Positions 1-13,095 of a stretch of DNA of 64,000 bases are shown piece by piece. Origin of the DNA: Octopus sinensis (taxonomy: Eukaryota); assembly GCF_006345805.1 (NCBI RefSeq), contig NC_042999.1, forward strand, positions 128,526,001 to 128,590,000. Direction: 5' to 3'. The first letter of the stretch is position 1. Every line of letters begins with the position of its first letter. A program made the translations under genes and the position numbers. The notes under the pieces were generated by a model. It had not been told where the DNA came from and searched no databases. It saw only the letters and a program-made list of their open reading frames with translations.

Positions 1-711
1 CTAGAAAAAAGAAAATAATATCAGTCACTTATTAATATTAATGTTTCCCATTCAGTATATATTTCTATTTAGCTTTCATAGCAATGATCTATGCATTGTG
101 TTACACATTCATATCTATGTGTATACGTGTGTAGACCACATACCCACTTTTGGCACTATTTGTTAGTAAACAGTATGAGCTACGTCTAAGGCGGAGACGC
201 ACAATATGTATCAATCCGCTATATTTTGACAGTTCGTAAAACAGGTAAAGTAAATAAACACGTAAAACAATAAACAATGCCTTCATTGAGTTGTCTATCA
301 TCCCATCAAGAACGAAACAATGCATAACACATTGAATATCTCAGCATTAAGCTAACAGCATACAACTCTCTCAATGGATCGCAGTCCTCAATACGAATCA
401 AAAATTGCATGTCTGAACCCTAGTATCAATTAAATAGAGTTTCCCCTTTTTACAAAGGTCGATTTACATTCATTGTTTCTTATTTTGAAAAATCCAAAAC
501 ACAGTTATTTCATCTTTATTCGCTTTATTTATGCTGAAATTTTTTGAGAAACTGAATAGATGTTGTTACGCAAACAATATAATTGATACCGTTTCTCACT
601 TAATGAACGAAGTAACACAAAAAAGATAGAATGAACAGGAGTTGACCCTGTTCCTCTTAGTTTCCTCTATATATAAACTACTTCATGATGTTTAAGTGAA
701 CCTATCTGTCA

Positions 712-1098
712 TCTTTTACCTTTTATTTATTTCATTCGTTAGATTGCGGTCATGCTGTGGCATCACCTTCAGGAATTTTATTCGAACTAATCGACCCCAG
801 TACTTAATTTCTTTTTAAGCCTGATACTTATTTTATCGGTCATTTTGCTGAACCACTAATTTAAAGGAACGTAAACATACCAACACTGGTTGCCAAATGG
901 TGTTGGGGAGAAACACAGGCACAGTGACACACACACATACATACACATACGACGAGCTTCTTTCAGTTTCCGTCTACCAAATCCACTCACAAGATTTTGG
1001 TCGATCCGAGGCTATAGTAGAAGACACTTGCTCAAGATGTAATGCAGCGGGACTGAACCAGAACCATGTGGTTGGGGAGCAAACTTCTTAGCCACACC
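712..1098 (-). mobile_element. tRNA-derived SINE, family 2 (CORE-like block, internal CA/TG microsatellite)
   Basis: Reverse complement gives head GTGGCTAAGAAGTTTGCT...GGTTCAGTCCC, GCAAGTGTCTTCTACTATAGCC block and family tail; homologous to copies at 10795, 32212, 39420, 63700. Confidence 0.8.
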
Positions 1099-2889
1099 TA
1101 ATGTAATCAACCTAAACATCTGGACCTTGAAGCACATATGAGTTAATTCAGAGTGGGACAGAAAGGAAGAACTTCCGCCAACGCACATCGTAAAGGTGGT
1201 TGATATCTGACAACAAATTGTCGTCTATAAGATGAGATACGAATGGAGAACGTAAGTAAGTCGCTTAACCAGGAGATATTCATAACTAAAACATATGCAG
1301 AGGATAAATTTTCGTTTTGAATATATGTATTTCTTGTTTACACTTAAAAGAGTAACGGTTCTATCATTCATTTACTTAATATTTTCTTCACATTCACCAA
1401 ATCATTTAAATTTACTAAAACAACATGTCTCCGAACAGATTCTATTAATGTACTTGCATACATGTTTACTTGAAATGTGCATATGTTGTCATTCCCATTC
1501 ACAGCTATATACGGTAAACAATTATATGCAACATGTTGACAGTTCATCCAGTAGAATATGAAAAGTTTAATTAACTGAACTTTACTGCAAAAGTTCACTA
1601 TGAAAAGTTCACTAAAATTCTTCGTTAATTCCGATGTTCATTTTCACATTGACGCTTTTGAGTAATTCACCTTCCTTTCGACAGGTATTTCATTTTTTTT
1701 TTTTTTTTTACATTACAATATATTTTAAGGGAAAATTTCATAATCACATTACATTGGAGTATGCAGTGTTAGTTGGAACGAGGAATATGTTAAAATACTT
1801 TTTTCTTTACAGCAGTAACAAAGAACCTGATAAGGAATGTGCTGTCATCTTGTGAGAGCCATTTATACTACCTTTCAAACATACTGATATGAAGAGGATG
1901 CAGAAAATTTTCAAGATACAGGTTTCTGAATTTAGAAATTTTTAGTTTCGAAAGAAAACACTGGGCGAAATAGTCAGTGCGAAGCCTGGCAGTAGGGTGG
2001 ATACAACGTTCTTATAACAAAAATGGTTCCTGCTGAGAAAATTTGAAAATAATTATAGATTTTGAACTCACACAAATGCACGACTCATATTTTTTTTATA
2101 AATTTCAAGTTTCATTTTGTAGAAAACAACACTTTCAGTTGTAAAATGAAAAAAAAAATTGAACACTTTAAGATGAGAAGATTGATTAAATATTTCTTTC
2201 ATTATTTTATCGTATCTGTCCGCCTTTCATTATTTTTGCCCCCAACATAATAATATAATATACATAACCAAAGCTATATAATGAAAAGCTACACTATCTG
2301 AAGTATGTATGTAGAAAATTTTGCGAAGAAACAAAGCCGATATGGGAATTTTTCGAAACTCCTCTACCCATTATTCAGAAATTTTTTTTCCAAAAAGATT
2401 CCGATATAATCGGAATCTACACCGTATGAAGAATATATGTAGAAAATTTTTTTAAATATCCATTTCTCAGAAAGTTATGAGGAAACAAAGTCGAAGGGAT
2501 ACACTTCTGTAGGCATGCCTACAAAGTATGTAGAGTTTGTCGGAAATTTTGCTGTTATTTCTACCATGTGGAGAGATTGCTTGAAGGCCTGTTTAATGCG
2601 CGGTTTGGAAAACCCTTACACATGCGCAATGGCCGAAAGGGTTTTAAAGCATTGAGGGGTGAGGGAGATGTAATTTTTTCTTTTCTTTTTTGAACAATTG
2701 AAATTAAAATAAAATTTTGTGAATCATAATCTCTGTATTTTTCCTTGTGTTTCACCCAAAACAATTTCTAAAAAAAAGTGAAAAATGAAGAAATTGTAGG
2801 TGAGGTGGGGGGAAAATTGGAATTTTGAAATGCCAATTGTTTTTACAGATTCGGAGTCTCCGTAGCCGAAAACGTGGGTTTCTGTATAA

Positions 2890-3345
2890 AAGTCGTATGT
2901 TCCTGGTATTTGGATCATCTGCTATAGTACAAATTTTCCTGGCTGGACGGAATGTTGCGTATTGTGTGTTGGGTGGCATGATTTGAAATTTAGGTACTGG
3001 TGTGTATCTGTGCTTTTGTAATAAATATCAGTTGCTATTGTGGTGTTGTTTTTAATTACCATTATGTCAAAATATGGTAATTGTGTGTTGCTCATTTCTA
3101 CTGTGAATTTGAGACTAGGATGTAGATTGTTGAGGAGGGTGCTGAATTCTTCCAGATTTTCGAGGTATTTGGTCCAAATTAGGAAACAATCATCGTGGTA
3201 TCTTTTCCCTCTGTTCTTTAAATACCTTCTAAAGCTCATGCAGTAGTTTCCTTCAATTTTTTTTATATAGGTTTTGTTCCAAGTATCTCAATACTGAGTT
3301 CGCGAAAACTGGAGCGAATCGCGTCCCCATATCTCTGCCTCGAAT
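2890..3345 (-). pseudogene. Penelope-like element reverse transcriptase fragment
   Basis: Translations QIRGRDMGTRFAP, RYHDDCFLIW (YxDD-like), LNNLHPSLKFTVE, TDIYYKSTDTHQYLNFKSCHP, ARKICTIADDPNTRNIRL are typical PLE RT core/thumb; frameshifted. Confidence 0.85.
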
Positions 3346-3922
3346 TTGGAGGTAGTTTTTTTTCTGTTGAAAAGGAATGTATTGCTTGCGAGGATGAGAC
3401 TGACCGCGCCTAGTATGAAGGTTACAGTAAATCTACTGGGGACCACTTCTCTATGTTTCTCAACCCAATATTTTATGGCAGCAATTTCTAAATCATGTGG
3501 TATGTTGTTACATCAAAACTGCGCCCCACAAACCGTAACGTTTAAGCTGCATGTTGATTGGTCAAAACCTTATTCGAAAAATTCAACTTGTTGGAGCCTT
3601 CTCAAAGGAAGAAGTCAGTCATTTTACTACAGTTGTCAAGAACTCGACTCAACTGTCAGTCAATATATTTTGAAATCTGATGATTACCACGAACGTATGA
3701 AAGAGCTAACTGAACTTTATAAACATTACTAAAAAATTTTTTTTTTAATATTTAACACACTTCAACATTGTAAAAAAATACAATAAAGAAAAACGTGAAA
3801 ACCAGACCATGAAACTTTATTCCACACACACAATATGGGAGTTTAGTTCATAGATGATCTAAACGACTAGGTACGCTAGGTAAGCGCTGTAACGGATTAC
3901 TAGGGCTCCAAGGTTATAACCG

Positions 3923-3961
<39 letters not shown>

Positions 3962-3966
<5 letters not shown>

Positions 3967-4582
3967 ACATAGTGGATAACTCTCTAATAATTTATGTATA
4001 AATTTGTATTTCCTCCGTAGTTTTTTGTGCTAAGCCACTTGGTGTTAAATTGACGGTATTATTAAATTAATATCGATTTTTCACCCTCATTTATAATTTT
4101 ATAAATTTAACTACGCGGCAGTCAATATTTTATTTGATGCGGCATACGTTTCCAATGGAGTCTAGGCATGCTTTTGGCGCGGAATTTGGGACATAACTAA
4201 AAATGTAATTGGTTGGACCGCTCGTGTTTTGACGCCCGAATCGATCTAATTAATTGCATTTCTGACAACTCTACCGAAGATTTATAGATGCAAGTGTAAG
4301 TAAAACTACATATTGCATTAGTAATGAAACAATTGTATAGAGTCAATCTATTTTATTCGTTGTATTTCACTTTCCTTCAGTTAAATGTGTGTTGATTCTA
4401 GTTGGAAACGGATCTTCTGTGGTTGCTTCGGAGCTATTTTTAGCACTAGAGTTATCCACATAGTGGATAACTCTCTAATAATTTATGTATAAATTTGTAT
4501 TTCCTCCGTAGTTTTTTGTGCTAAGCCACTTGGTGTTAAATTGACGGTATTATTAAATTAATATCGATTTTTCACCCTCATT

Positions 4583-4594
<12 letters not shown>
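3962..4594. repeat. Element bounded by identical 142-bp direct repeats (3962-4103 and 4453-4594), embedded in (TA)n
   Basis: Base-by-base identity by eye, period 491 bp; (TA)n on both sides. Confidence 0.85.
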
Positions 4595-4634
<40 letters not shown>

Positions 4635-4703
4635 CATAAATACACGCCAGTGCACACACACACACACACACACACACCACACACACACACACATACAAAT
4701 ACA

Positions 4704-4843
4704 CGTGACAGGCTTCTTTCTCTCTATCAAATCGACCCACAAGGCTTTGGTCGGCCCCGGTTATAGTTGAAGAAAGCTGTCCAAGGTGCAACACTGTGGG
4801 ACTGAACCTGGGACTATATAGTTGGGAACCACAGTTGTACACC
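4704..4843 (-). mobile_element. SINE family 2, partial (head region)
   Basis: CACAAGGCTTTGGTCGGCCCCGG...GGGACTGAACCTGGG similar to other family-2 copies. Confidence 0.65.
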
Positions 4844-6059
4844 TAAACATTGAAAGTTAAAGAGACATAGAAACGGGTGTTTGTCTGATAAGCTGCACAA
4901 GTATGACTTGAATCTGCAAGAGAAATGGAATGAGGATGAAATAAATATATCATTACTTCGTTTAGACAGAATAACTTTGGGTTTTCTGTGATTTAAAGAT
5001 AACATTAGTATACAAGAGTAAACCATGTTCTAACTAGCTAGATAGCTGCTCCTGAGCATAGTTGAAAATAATTATGGTTGTAACTTCAGTTAATCTAATA
5101 GACTTTATTTATCTATGTCACTGAACTGAAACGAAAAAATCGTCTTAATATCATTTTTAAATCATTTTAAAATCACTTTAAAATAATTTTATTTTACTGT
5201 TTATGATACGTTATCAACAGACATATTGTCCTAAAGGATTTTATAACGGCATTTCCTGATCCGCAAAGTTCGAAAAGTTATCAAAAGTCGTTATATTTTA
5301 ACTTTATATACTTGATGTAATCTATCTCTATTTAAATTCTTCATTTCATTGCTTCTTTATCAACACAAGGCTCTAAAGTGATAATATATGACCCCCGCCC
5401 CCTACATTGATATATCTGTTTATATGTGTGTCTATGTTATTTAGTTTTATTTCTGAATTTCTTGTCGATGGAGAAAGAGTCGGTTTCTAACCTAGATTTA
5501 GGGCTCTTTCATTGGAATTTCAGTAACAGGGTGGAGCAAAAAAAGTACTTTTACACAGATTTTGGAAATATGCTTTTAAGAATATATTTTCTATTGTGAA
5601 ATCCATTAGAAACAACTGTGCTAAAATCTGAAGTTCTTAAATTTACATCTTCAGGCTACGCATCCCACTTGAAATTTTGAATAATGAGCGAAAATCAATT
5701 TATAACACGTTTGCCATTCCTCATTTTATTTTTACACTCATTGTTACGAATTGATTTTCTTTTGCAATTTGTGTTAAAAACAAGAGTGATAAACTCTTAA
5801 GCTCTAAAATTTAAATCTTTAAGCTCCGCTTTGCACTTGAAATTTCAAAATTATGTGAAATAAATATACTTTTCAACTTTGTTTCTTTATTACTTTTAAT
5901 ACTAGGTTACCGAATATATGTGTTACATGAGGTCCAGATTACACACACAAAATGAAATTACGTGTAAACCAATTTTTTGACTCTTGACGCATTTTGGTGA
6001 TAAAAATAATTAACAATTCAGAATCCTATGCTGATGTAGAAGGGCGACTGTGATGTGAC

Positions 6060-6607
6060 CGATTCTTTCTAATCAACTTCTGAACGTTCTATTTAGATAC
6101 TGCTTGATCTATTCCGCCAATGATCATTTTTCGATTTGTCCGTTGAGCCTGTAAAAAAATCTTTTTCCCTCTGTGGTACTTCTTTGTCTCAACTACAATT
6201 GCAGTTTTAAAGGAGTTGCACTTGCAATAGGAAATGTCAAATAAATCTTTTGTTGCATTGTTTTTAAACACATTACACATTGTTTAAAACGATGGCACAT
6301 TATTTTTCACATATTTTAGCAATGCTTGGTACTTTAGATAAAAATTTAAGATTTTGGGTTTAACTGACTTAGTTGTAACACAAGGGATGGATGCCTTTTG
6401 CCAAAGAAGAATTATCTTTTCTGCTACAATCTTCACAATTTGTTTACTTGAAGGATCTTTCTTAAATACATTCTTTTCTTTTTCTCATTCAAATAAAACA
6501 CATTTTAGTACATCCTTGTAAGTTGGCAAAACTCGCTCGTTAAGATCACATGGAGTACCAAATATTGGGTATTCAGTATCATTACATGTTATTGGCTTAT
6601 GAGTCAT
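6060..6607 (-). pseudogene. DNA transposase N-terminal remnant, possibly hAT/hATm-like
   Basis: Read-through translation PIFGTPCDLNERVLPTYKDVLK...IILLWQKASIPCV...LFDISYCKC..(shift)CNC..VP..E...QRTNRKMIIGGID with two stops and a frameshift; family assignment from recalled motifs only. Confidence 0.45.
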
Positions 6608-6854
6608 CACTAAATGTAAACAACACTAAACTCAACGCGACCATTAATTTTACTAGAATGGCCTAAAGTCAAGATACAAAACAGAAAACTGCACGCACAT
6701 ACAAATCCAATCCATCACTGGAACTATAAAAATCTATAAAAACTTTCCAGAAGTTTATTATTTAAGTATATAAGAGCATGTCTAGATATGAAAGTATATG
6801 CATGAGAAGACATTCATAAAAGAAAACATCCAATTCTGCACGTATACATACATA

Positions 6855-6896
<42 letters not shown>

Positions 6897-6897
6897 T

Positions 6898-6948
<51 letters not shown>

Positions 6949-7071
6949 TACATACATACATACCCTGTTGTTGATGTTGAAATTCCAGTTAGCAAACTAT
7001 TACTACAATATGTCCAGGAAAGACTGCATGAAAGAACTATAGTGTATAGGATCTGTCCTTTTTATCTCAAA

Positions 7072-7455
7072 CTAGCAGTATCACCCGGCGTTGCTCGGGT
7101 TTGTAAGGGAAATAACTATAAAGCATTTTTAGAGAGTTATAGCCAAAAAATAGCAAAAAAATGGGAAAAAAATGACGGTAAATTTTTTTTGAGAGTGAAA
7201 AAGGTCGAGTTGCGTCCCCTAGACAGTCTGTGGTTTGTGTTTCTGATTCTCGACCCCATGTCGAATTTATCGATTTTTTTCAGAACTGGGGGAACTTTTC
7301 AAAATATTCGCTGCGTTAGTTTTGAATTATGACATTGGGCTATGTGTGTATCAAGTTTCATCAGAATCGGTTGAAAGCCGTGGTCAGGGTGAGGGTACAA
7401 CCTGACAGACACACAGACACACACACAGACAAACTGCCGTTTATATAGAGAGAGA
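7072..7455 (-). mobile_element. Non-autonomous Helitron
   Basis: Minus strand: 5' TC(TCTC)TATATAAAC, 3' hairpin CCCGAGCAACGCCGGG then CTAG; inserted between A and T, no TSD. Confidence 0.85.
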
Positions 7456-7509
7456 TGATGCGGTGGCAGTTTATATTATTAGAAAATAATTGCTCATACC
7501 AAACTCAAA

Positions 7510-7513
7510 AAAT

Positions 7514-7582
<69 letters not shown>

Positions 7583-7700
7583 ACCACCACTTGACAACCG
7601 GTGTAGGTATGTTCAGCGGTTTGGCAAAAATGACTGATAGAATAAGGAGCTGGCTTTAAAGAATAATGCCAAGTATTGCGATACTGTATATAGAAATATG
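7510..7700 (+). mobile_element. SINE family 2, 3' part with long (TG)n
   Basis: (TG)n followed by CACCACTTGACAACCGGTG...AGCGGTTTGGCAAAA...GATAGAATAAG. Confidence 0.6.
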
Positions 7701-8020
7701 GATATATACAAAGTCGCAATACTTTCCATAATTTTCAATCCAAATTATGGACCGAAATTTGAGTTGAAATGATAATGTCTTCTAATTTAGACATATAGCT
7801 AACGAGTTTGAAAGGAAGAAGGCTAGTCAATACCAGTGTCCTCGGTATTTGACTGGTACTATATTTTATTGATTCCTAAAAAGTGAACGGCGGCGTTGAG
7901 CTCAGCGGGATTTGAAACCAAATGAATGGCAAAGAAGCTTAGAAATAATTTTACACAAGCTATGTTTGTGTATAACGCAGCATCTATTAGATTAGCTGCA
8001 CCCGGTCTCTTTCTTAGAAA

Positions 8021-8421
8021 TCTCTCTATATATAAACGGCAGTTTGTCTGTCTGTGTGTCTGTCAGGTTGTACCCTCACCCTGACCACGGCTTTCAACCG
8101 ATTCTGATGAAACTTGACACACACATAGCCCAATGTCATAATTCAAAACTAACGCAGCGAAAATTTTGAAAAGTTCCCCCAGTTTTGAAAAAGAATCGAT
8201 AAATTCGACATGGGGTCGAGAATCTAAGCTTTTTATATGCAACACATTTTCTGTCGGGAGCCAGCTAGGAACACCATATACATAGAAGTGTTCGAGTGAA
8301 GAGAAGACGTTGCAACCTACACATGCGCCTTCGTTCCCTAGAGGGAAAGAACTAGATTGGGATTAGTCGTTGCCTACTAGGGGCTCTTACATACCCGGGC
8401 AACGCCGGGCTATGCTGCTAG
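8021..8421 (+). mobile_element. Non-autonomous Helitron
   Basis: A|TCTCTCTATATATAAAC start; CCCGGGCAACGCCGGG hairpin then CTAG|T end; first ~205 bp shared with 7246-7455. Confidence 0.85.
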
Positions 8422-8958
8422 TAGTAAATAAATAAAGACTTTCGTTGTTTCTGTCTTGCCAACGGTGATTGAGAAGAAGATCTTGTGAATCCTTCTACAA
8501 CAGAACTGGAATTTAGTGCTCAGAATCACGATAAATTTTTAAGTGATATATATGACTAAGAAATTCTACAGACAAGATTTCTATATTCCGTTTCTCATAA
8601 CTTCTCTCTGTAGTTTAGTTGAAAATTATCTGAAGCTGGTCGAATTAGGCCAGTGTTTAACTCATTAACATGAAAGTGTTGAAACAATCTTCGTCTGTCT
8701 TTTAACTGTGTAAACAGAAATAGACAGTGAAATTTGTCAGAAGCTCAAATTCAGATAAAATCACCAGCGAGCAGAATAAACTATCTGTAATTAGTGAAAA
8801 TTAAAGAAAATATTTTAAAATATTTATATTTTTAGAACACCGATCAGACGGAGATTGAAGGGGCTATATCATAGAAGGGTACTGGTTCTTTATACACAAA
8901 CATCTCGAATAGATTCATATGCAAATTACATTTGACCAAAATACATTCACAATGAATG

Positions 8959-9037
8959 ACACACACATAGATACATACATGCATACATACATACATACAT
9001 ACATACATACATACATACATACATACATACATACATA

Positions 9038-9079
<42 letters not shown>

Positions 9080-9092
9080 TACATACATACAT

Positions 9093-9157
<65 letters not shown>

Positions 9158-9164
9158 TACATAC

Positions 9165-9200
<36 letters not shown>

Positions 9201-9259
9201 CATACATACATACATACACACATACATACATACACACATACATACATACACACACACAT

Positions 9260-9322
<63 letters not shown>

Positions 9323-9392
9323 TACAACATACATACATACATACATACATACATACATACATACATACATTCATACATACATACATACATAC
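8959..9392. repeat. Compound (CATA)n/(CA)n microsatellite
   Basis: Direct reading; source of the HT/YI/CV ORFs. Confidence 0.95.
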
Positions 9393-9829
9393 AACGAACA
9401 CACGCATGCTCATTCTCTATAGCCTTTTCTTTGTAAACGTGTGCGCGTGTGTGAAAGGGTGTATATATGAATTTACATAGCTTGTGACAAGTTAGCGTGA
9501 ATCAAAAGTTATGGCAAAGATGGTAAATTATTATATAATGGTGTGGCAATAGTGGACATACGCGCGCACGTGTGTGTGTGTATACATCCATACATGTGTG
9601 TGCATGTGTGTGTGAGCGCGTGTTTGTATACATCCATACATGTGGGTGTGTGTGTGTGTGTGTATTGCGTAAGAATCGGCTATAAAACAAGCGTTATCCG
9701 TAGGAAGATTAAGAAAGAAGAACAACAGCAGCAACAGAAGCGACAGCAGCAGCAACAACAACAATAACAGCTGCAATAGGAGCATTAGAAACTGAATAAA
9801 AGGAACTTTATTCTTCAAGCTGGAAAGAT

Positions 9830-9880
<51 letters not shown>

Positions 9881-10267
9881 ATATATATATATGTATGTAT
9901 ACATACATACATGCGCACACATACATATACATGTATACATATATCCTTCTGTTGAGATATATCTATTGACCAGGAGCTATAGTTACAAAGAAAGAATCTA
10001 GTTAATATACCCTTTGTTTTCAGGCTTGGCATCACTGAAAGATCCAGTTTGTTATAAGCATTCAGACAAGACCAAGTAGCTGCCCTACATCACCCTCGTT
10101 CCCTCTTCGCCCACGTTTTCCCTGCAGATATTGACTTATAAATGTTCAGGCTGAGCATCAGCCGTCATATTCCCACTCTCTGAGATAATTTGTAAATGTC
10201 ATAAGCATTGAGCCCTGTTCCCTGAGTAACAAATAATATATAATATAATATAGTATGATATTACATA

Positions 10268-10300
<33 letters not shown>

Positions 10301-10337
10301 TGTATGTATGTATGTATGTGTGTGTATTATATATTTA

Positions 10338-10758
10338 GGATCTTTTCGGTTTGAACGGCAGTTTTTTCTCGCGGTGTCATATGAAATTGTCACCCATAAT
10401 TATGACCCTAGTATCGATCTATTGCATTTCAATCTGTTTTAGGGTTAGGGTTAGGGTTAGGGTGGGGGAAGGGTATCTTTTTTTCTTCAGAAATGTAAAT
10501 AAACCCAATCTGTTTCTTAAACGAGGGACATATTCATACGGCACAGAATGTTTTCACCTCAATAGACGTCATTGATTGGTTGAAATTGCAGAAATTGAAG
10601 AAAAAAAACAACAAATATCTTACAAACTATAGAATTTTCTCAATAAAGCCAATAGGAAAAGATGTTTTATAAACACATTCTACCAGTATACAAAGTTTAA
10701 AAGTGTTTAGTTACGTGGAAATTATTTAAAAAAACTGCCGTTCAAACCGAAAAGGTCC
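10338..10758. mobile_element. MITE with ~30-bp TIRs, TA TSD and internal (TTAGGG)4
   Basis: TA|GGATCTTTTCGGTTTGAACGGCAGTTTTTT ... AAAAAACTGCCGTTCAAACCGAAAAGGTCC|TA; TTAGGG x4 at 10439-10462. Confidence 0.85.
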
Positions 10759-10794
10759 TATATTTATTTATATATACAATTACTCTTTGCTCCT

Positions 10795-11207
10795 TTACTC
10801 TCTTTTACTTGTTTCAGTCATTTGACTGTGGCCATGCTGGAGTACCGCCTTTAGTCGAGCATATCGACCCCAGAACTTATTCTTTGTAAGCCTAGTACTT
10901 ATTCTATCGGTCTCTTTTGCCGAACCGCTACGTTACAGGGACGTAAACACACCAAGCATCGGTTGTCAAGCGATGTTGGCGGGGGACAAACACAGACACA
11001 CAAACACACACACACACATGTATATATATATATACATACATACATACATACGACGGCGTCTTTCAGTTTCCGTCTACCAAATCCACTCACAAGGTTGGCT
11101 CGAGGCTATAGTAGAAGACAGTTGCCTAGGTACCACGCAGTAGGATTGAACCCGGAACCATGTAGTTCGTAAGCAAGCTACTTACCACACAGTCACTCCT
11201 ACGCCTA
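10795..11207 (-). mobile_element. SINE family 2, full length
   Basis: Tail TCTTTTACTTGTTTCAGTCA through head CTTACCACACAGTCACTCCTACGCCTA, homologous to other copies. Confidence 0.85.
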
Positions 11208-11252
11208 TTATTATTATTATTATTATTATTATTATCATCATCATCATCATTG

Positions 11253-11566
11253 AAGCGGCGAACTGGCAGAATCGTTAGGATACCGGGGGGCGAAATGCTT
11301 AGCGGTATTTCGTCTGCCACTATGTTCCGAGTTCAAATTTCGCCGAGGTCGACTTTACCTTTCATTCTTTTGGGGTCGATAAATTAAGTACCAATTGAGC
11401 GCTGGAATCGATGTAATCGACTTATCCCCTCCCCCAAAATGGCTGCCCTTGTGGTAAAATTTGAAATAATCATTGTTATTACTATTATTGAGGCGGCGAG
11501 CTGACAGAATCGTTAGCACACCAAGCAAAATGCTTAGCGGCATTTCGGTTCGTCGTTAGGTTCTGA
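11253..11566 (+). mobile_element. SINE family 1 (tRNA-derived): full copy plus second truncated head (11491-11566), after (ATT/ATC)n
   Basis: GCGGCGAACTGGCAGAATCGTTAG head (A box), GAGTTCAAATT (B box), TTTCATTCTTTTGGGGTCGATAAATTAAGTACC core. Confidence 0.85.
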
Positions 11567-11579
11567 GAGAAAAGGGGAG

Positions 11580-11612
<33 letters not shown>

Positions 11613-11976
11613 CGCACACACATGTGCCCCCACCCTCAGCCTAACCCACGCCCCATCCTTGCGTTCCCCAGTCCCGTCTCCCCCACCTCCCAACGCCATC
11701 GTACCACACCACACACCACTACACCTTACACCACCATACCACACAACACATCACATCACAACACACCACCACGCACACATCAGCACTGACCACTTCCCAG
11801 ACCCACATTTTCACACCTACACATACACACACGCACACGTCAAGATCACCAGCCCTCTTGCATACGCGCATACAAACTCTCATACACACGCACGCGCACC
11901 TTCGTTTTGAGATCACCACCACTTTGTTATCTCCCCTTCTCTCTAGCTCTCCTGTGTGACCCTTCTGTTCGGCCTT

Positions 11977-12150
11977 CGCCATGATAGATCGCTAGCCACT
12001 ACAAATTCTTTATTTTCTCTCCTTGTTTCTTTCTGTGTTCCTATCTGTGGAAGAGCGTAGGCTCGAAACGTTAAAAATTTTTTCACTTCCCGAGCGTTAT
12101 AGTAATACATCTGTTTGTTGTCTACACCACCTGTCTTCGTCTTTTTTTTG
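11977..12150 (+). mobile_element. ~190-bp Penelope-terminus-like repeat with hammerhead-like motif (copy 1)
   Basis: Starts CGCCATGATAGATCG; contains CTGTGGAAGAGCGTAGGCTCGAAACGTT; homologues at 37905 and 51200. Confidence 0.65.
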
Positions 12151-12614
12151 GGGGGGGGGGGTGAATTCTCCCTATGTATGTATGCAAGCATGCATGCATA
12201 CATGTCTAGGAAAACCATACCTGGAAGAAAGAGCTACAGAACAATCTATTGATTATTATGAGGAATGATATGGGGTGATTATTAAAAAAATCGAACCAAG
12301 AAAATGACTTATGAGAGCTAATATCATGAAATTACCTGAATGAAGTACGAAATGACATATTGTTAAAAACTCTAAAGTAGGGATAATTTGAAGATATGAA
12401 TGAGAATCACAGAAAGTTTGATAATATCTTGAAGAAACTACACATATGTAAAAAATATATGAACGATCTTCTTGTCCTTACCACATAAGTATAATTGATT
12501 AGATTCTTCTCTCTCTACCAATAACTTATACCGTTATACAGTGTCTGACTCCATCTTTATTCTCACTCATATCAGTACGCCTTGTATTAATTTAAATAGT
12601 TGTTGTTGTTTGTT

Positions 12615-12815
12615 CTTTCTCAAGCCAGGTGAGCGGCTAGATGCAGGAGGAAAGAGTGAGAGAAATTTGTGGCGAAAAAGTCAACAGAAGTTCGCCATTC
12701 TGTCGGAACCGCGTGGAGCCTAGGTGTTCCGCTCATAAACACACACATCGCCCAGTCTGAGATTCGAACCCGCGATCCTTAGACCGCGGGTCGGCTACTC
12801 TAACCACTAGGCCAC
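12615..12815 (-). mobile_element. tRNA-derived SINE, family 3
   Basis: Reverse complement GGCCTAGTGGTTAGAGTAGCCGACCCGCGGTC...GGTTCGAATCTC; homologous to 30963. Confidence 0.7.
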
Positions 12816-12880
12816 CATGTGACTCTATATTAATTTAAATTGGTCTTGTAAATATTCGTTACTATTGCGGCAGAAATAAA

Positions 12881-13095
12881 TATTGGCTTCAAATTTTGGC
12901 ACAAGGCCAGCAATTTCGGAGTGGGGTGTAAGTCGGTTACATCGACCCCAATGCTCAACTGGTACTCATTTTATCGACCTCGAAATGATGAAAGGCAAAG
13001 TCAGCAGTGTGGAATTTAAACTCAGAACGTAAAGACGAACGAAATGCCGTTTAGCGTTTTGCCTAGCGTGCTAACCATTCCGCCAGTTCGCCACC
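12881..13095 (-). mobile_element. SINE family 1
   Basis: Full head, core and CCTTGTGCCAAAATTTGAAG-type tail on the minus strand. Confidence 0.85.

Noticed and set aside
3346-3732. 128-aa ORF
   Set aside because: No recognisable domain, TTG start, and it abuts a Penelope fragment.
4452-4470. TTATCCACA / GTGGATAA resembling inverted bacterial DnaA boxes
   Set aside because: Eukaryotic repeat context; it is simply one stem of the hairpin.
8844-9422. Long ORFs of HT/YI/CV/MY repeats here and at 28.4-28.9, 34.5-34.8, 37.3-37.8, 39.5-40.5, 52.1-52.7 and 54.0-54.3 kb
   Set aside because: Translations of (CATA)n, (CA)n and (TA)n microsatellites that lack stop codons; not genes.
9543-9790. Poly-Q ORF
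   Set aside because: Short (CAG/CAA)n tract with no flanking domain or convincing splice context.
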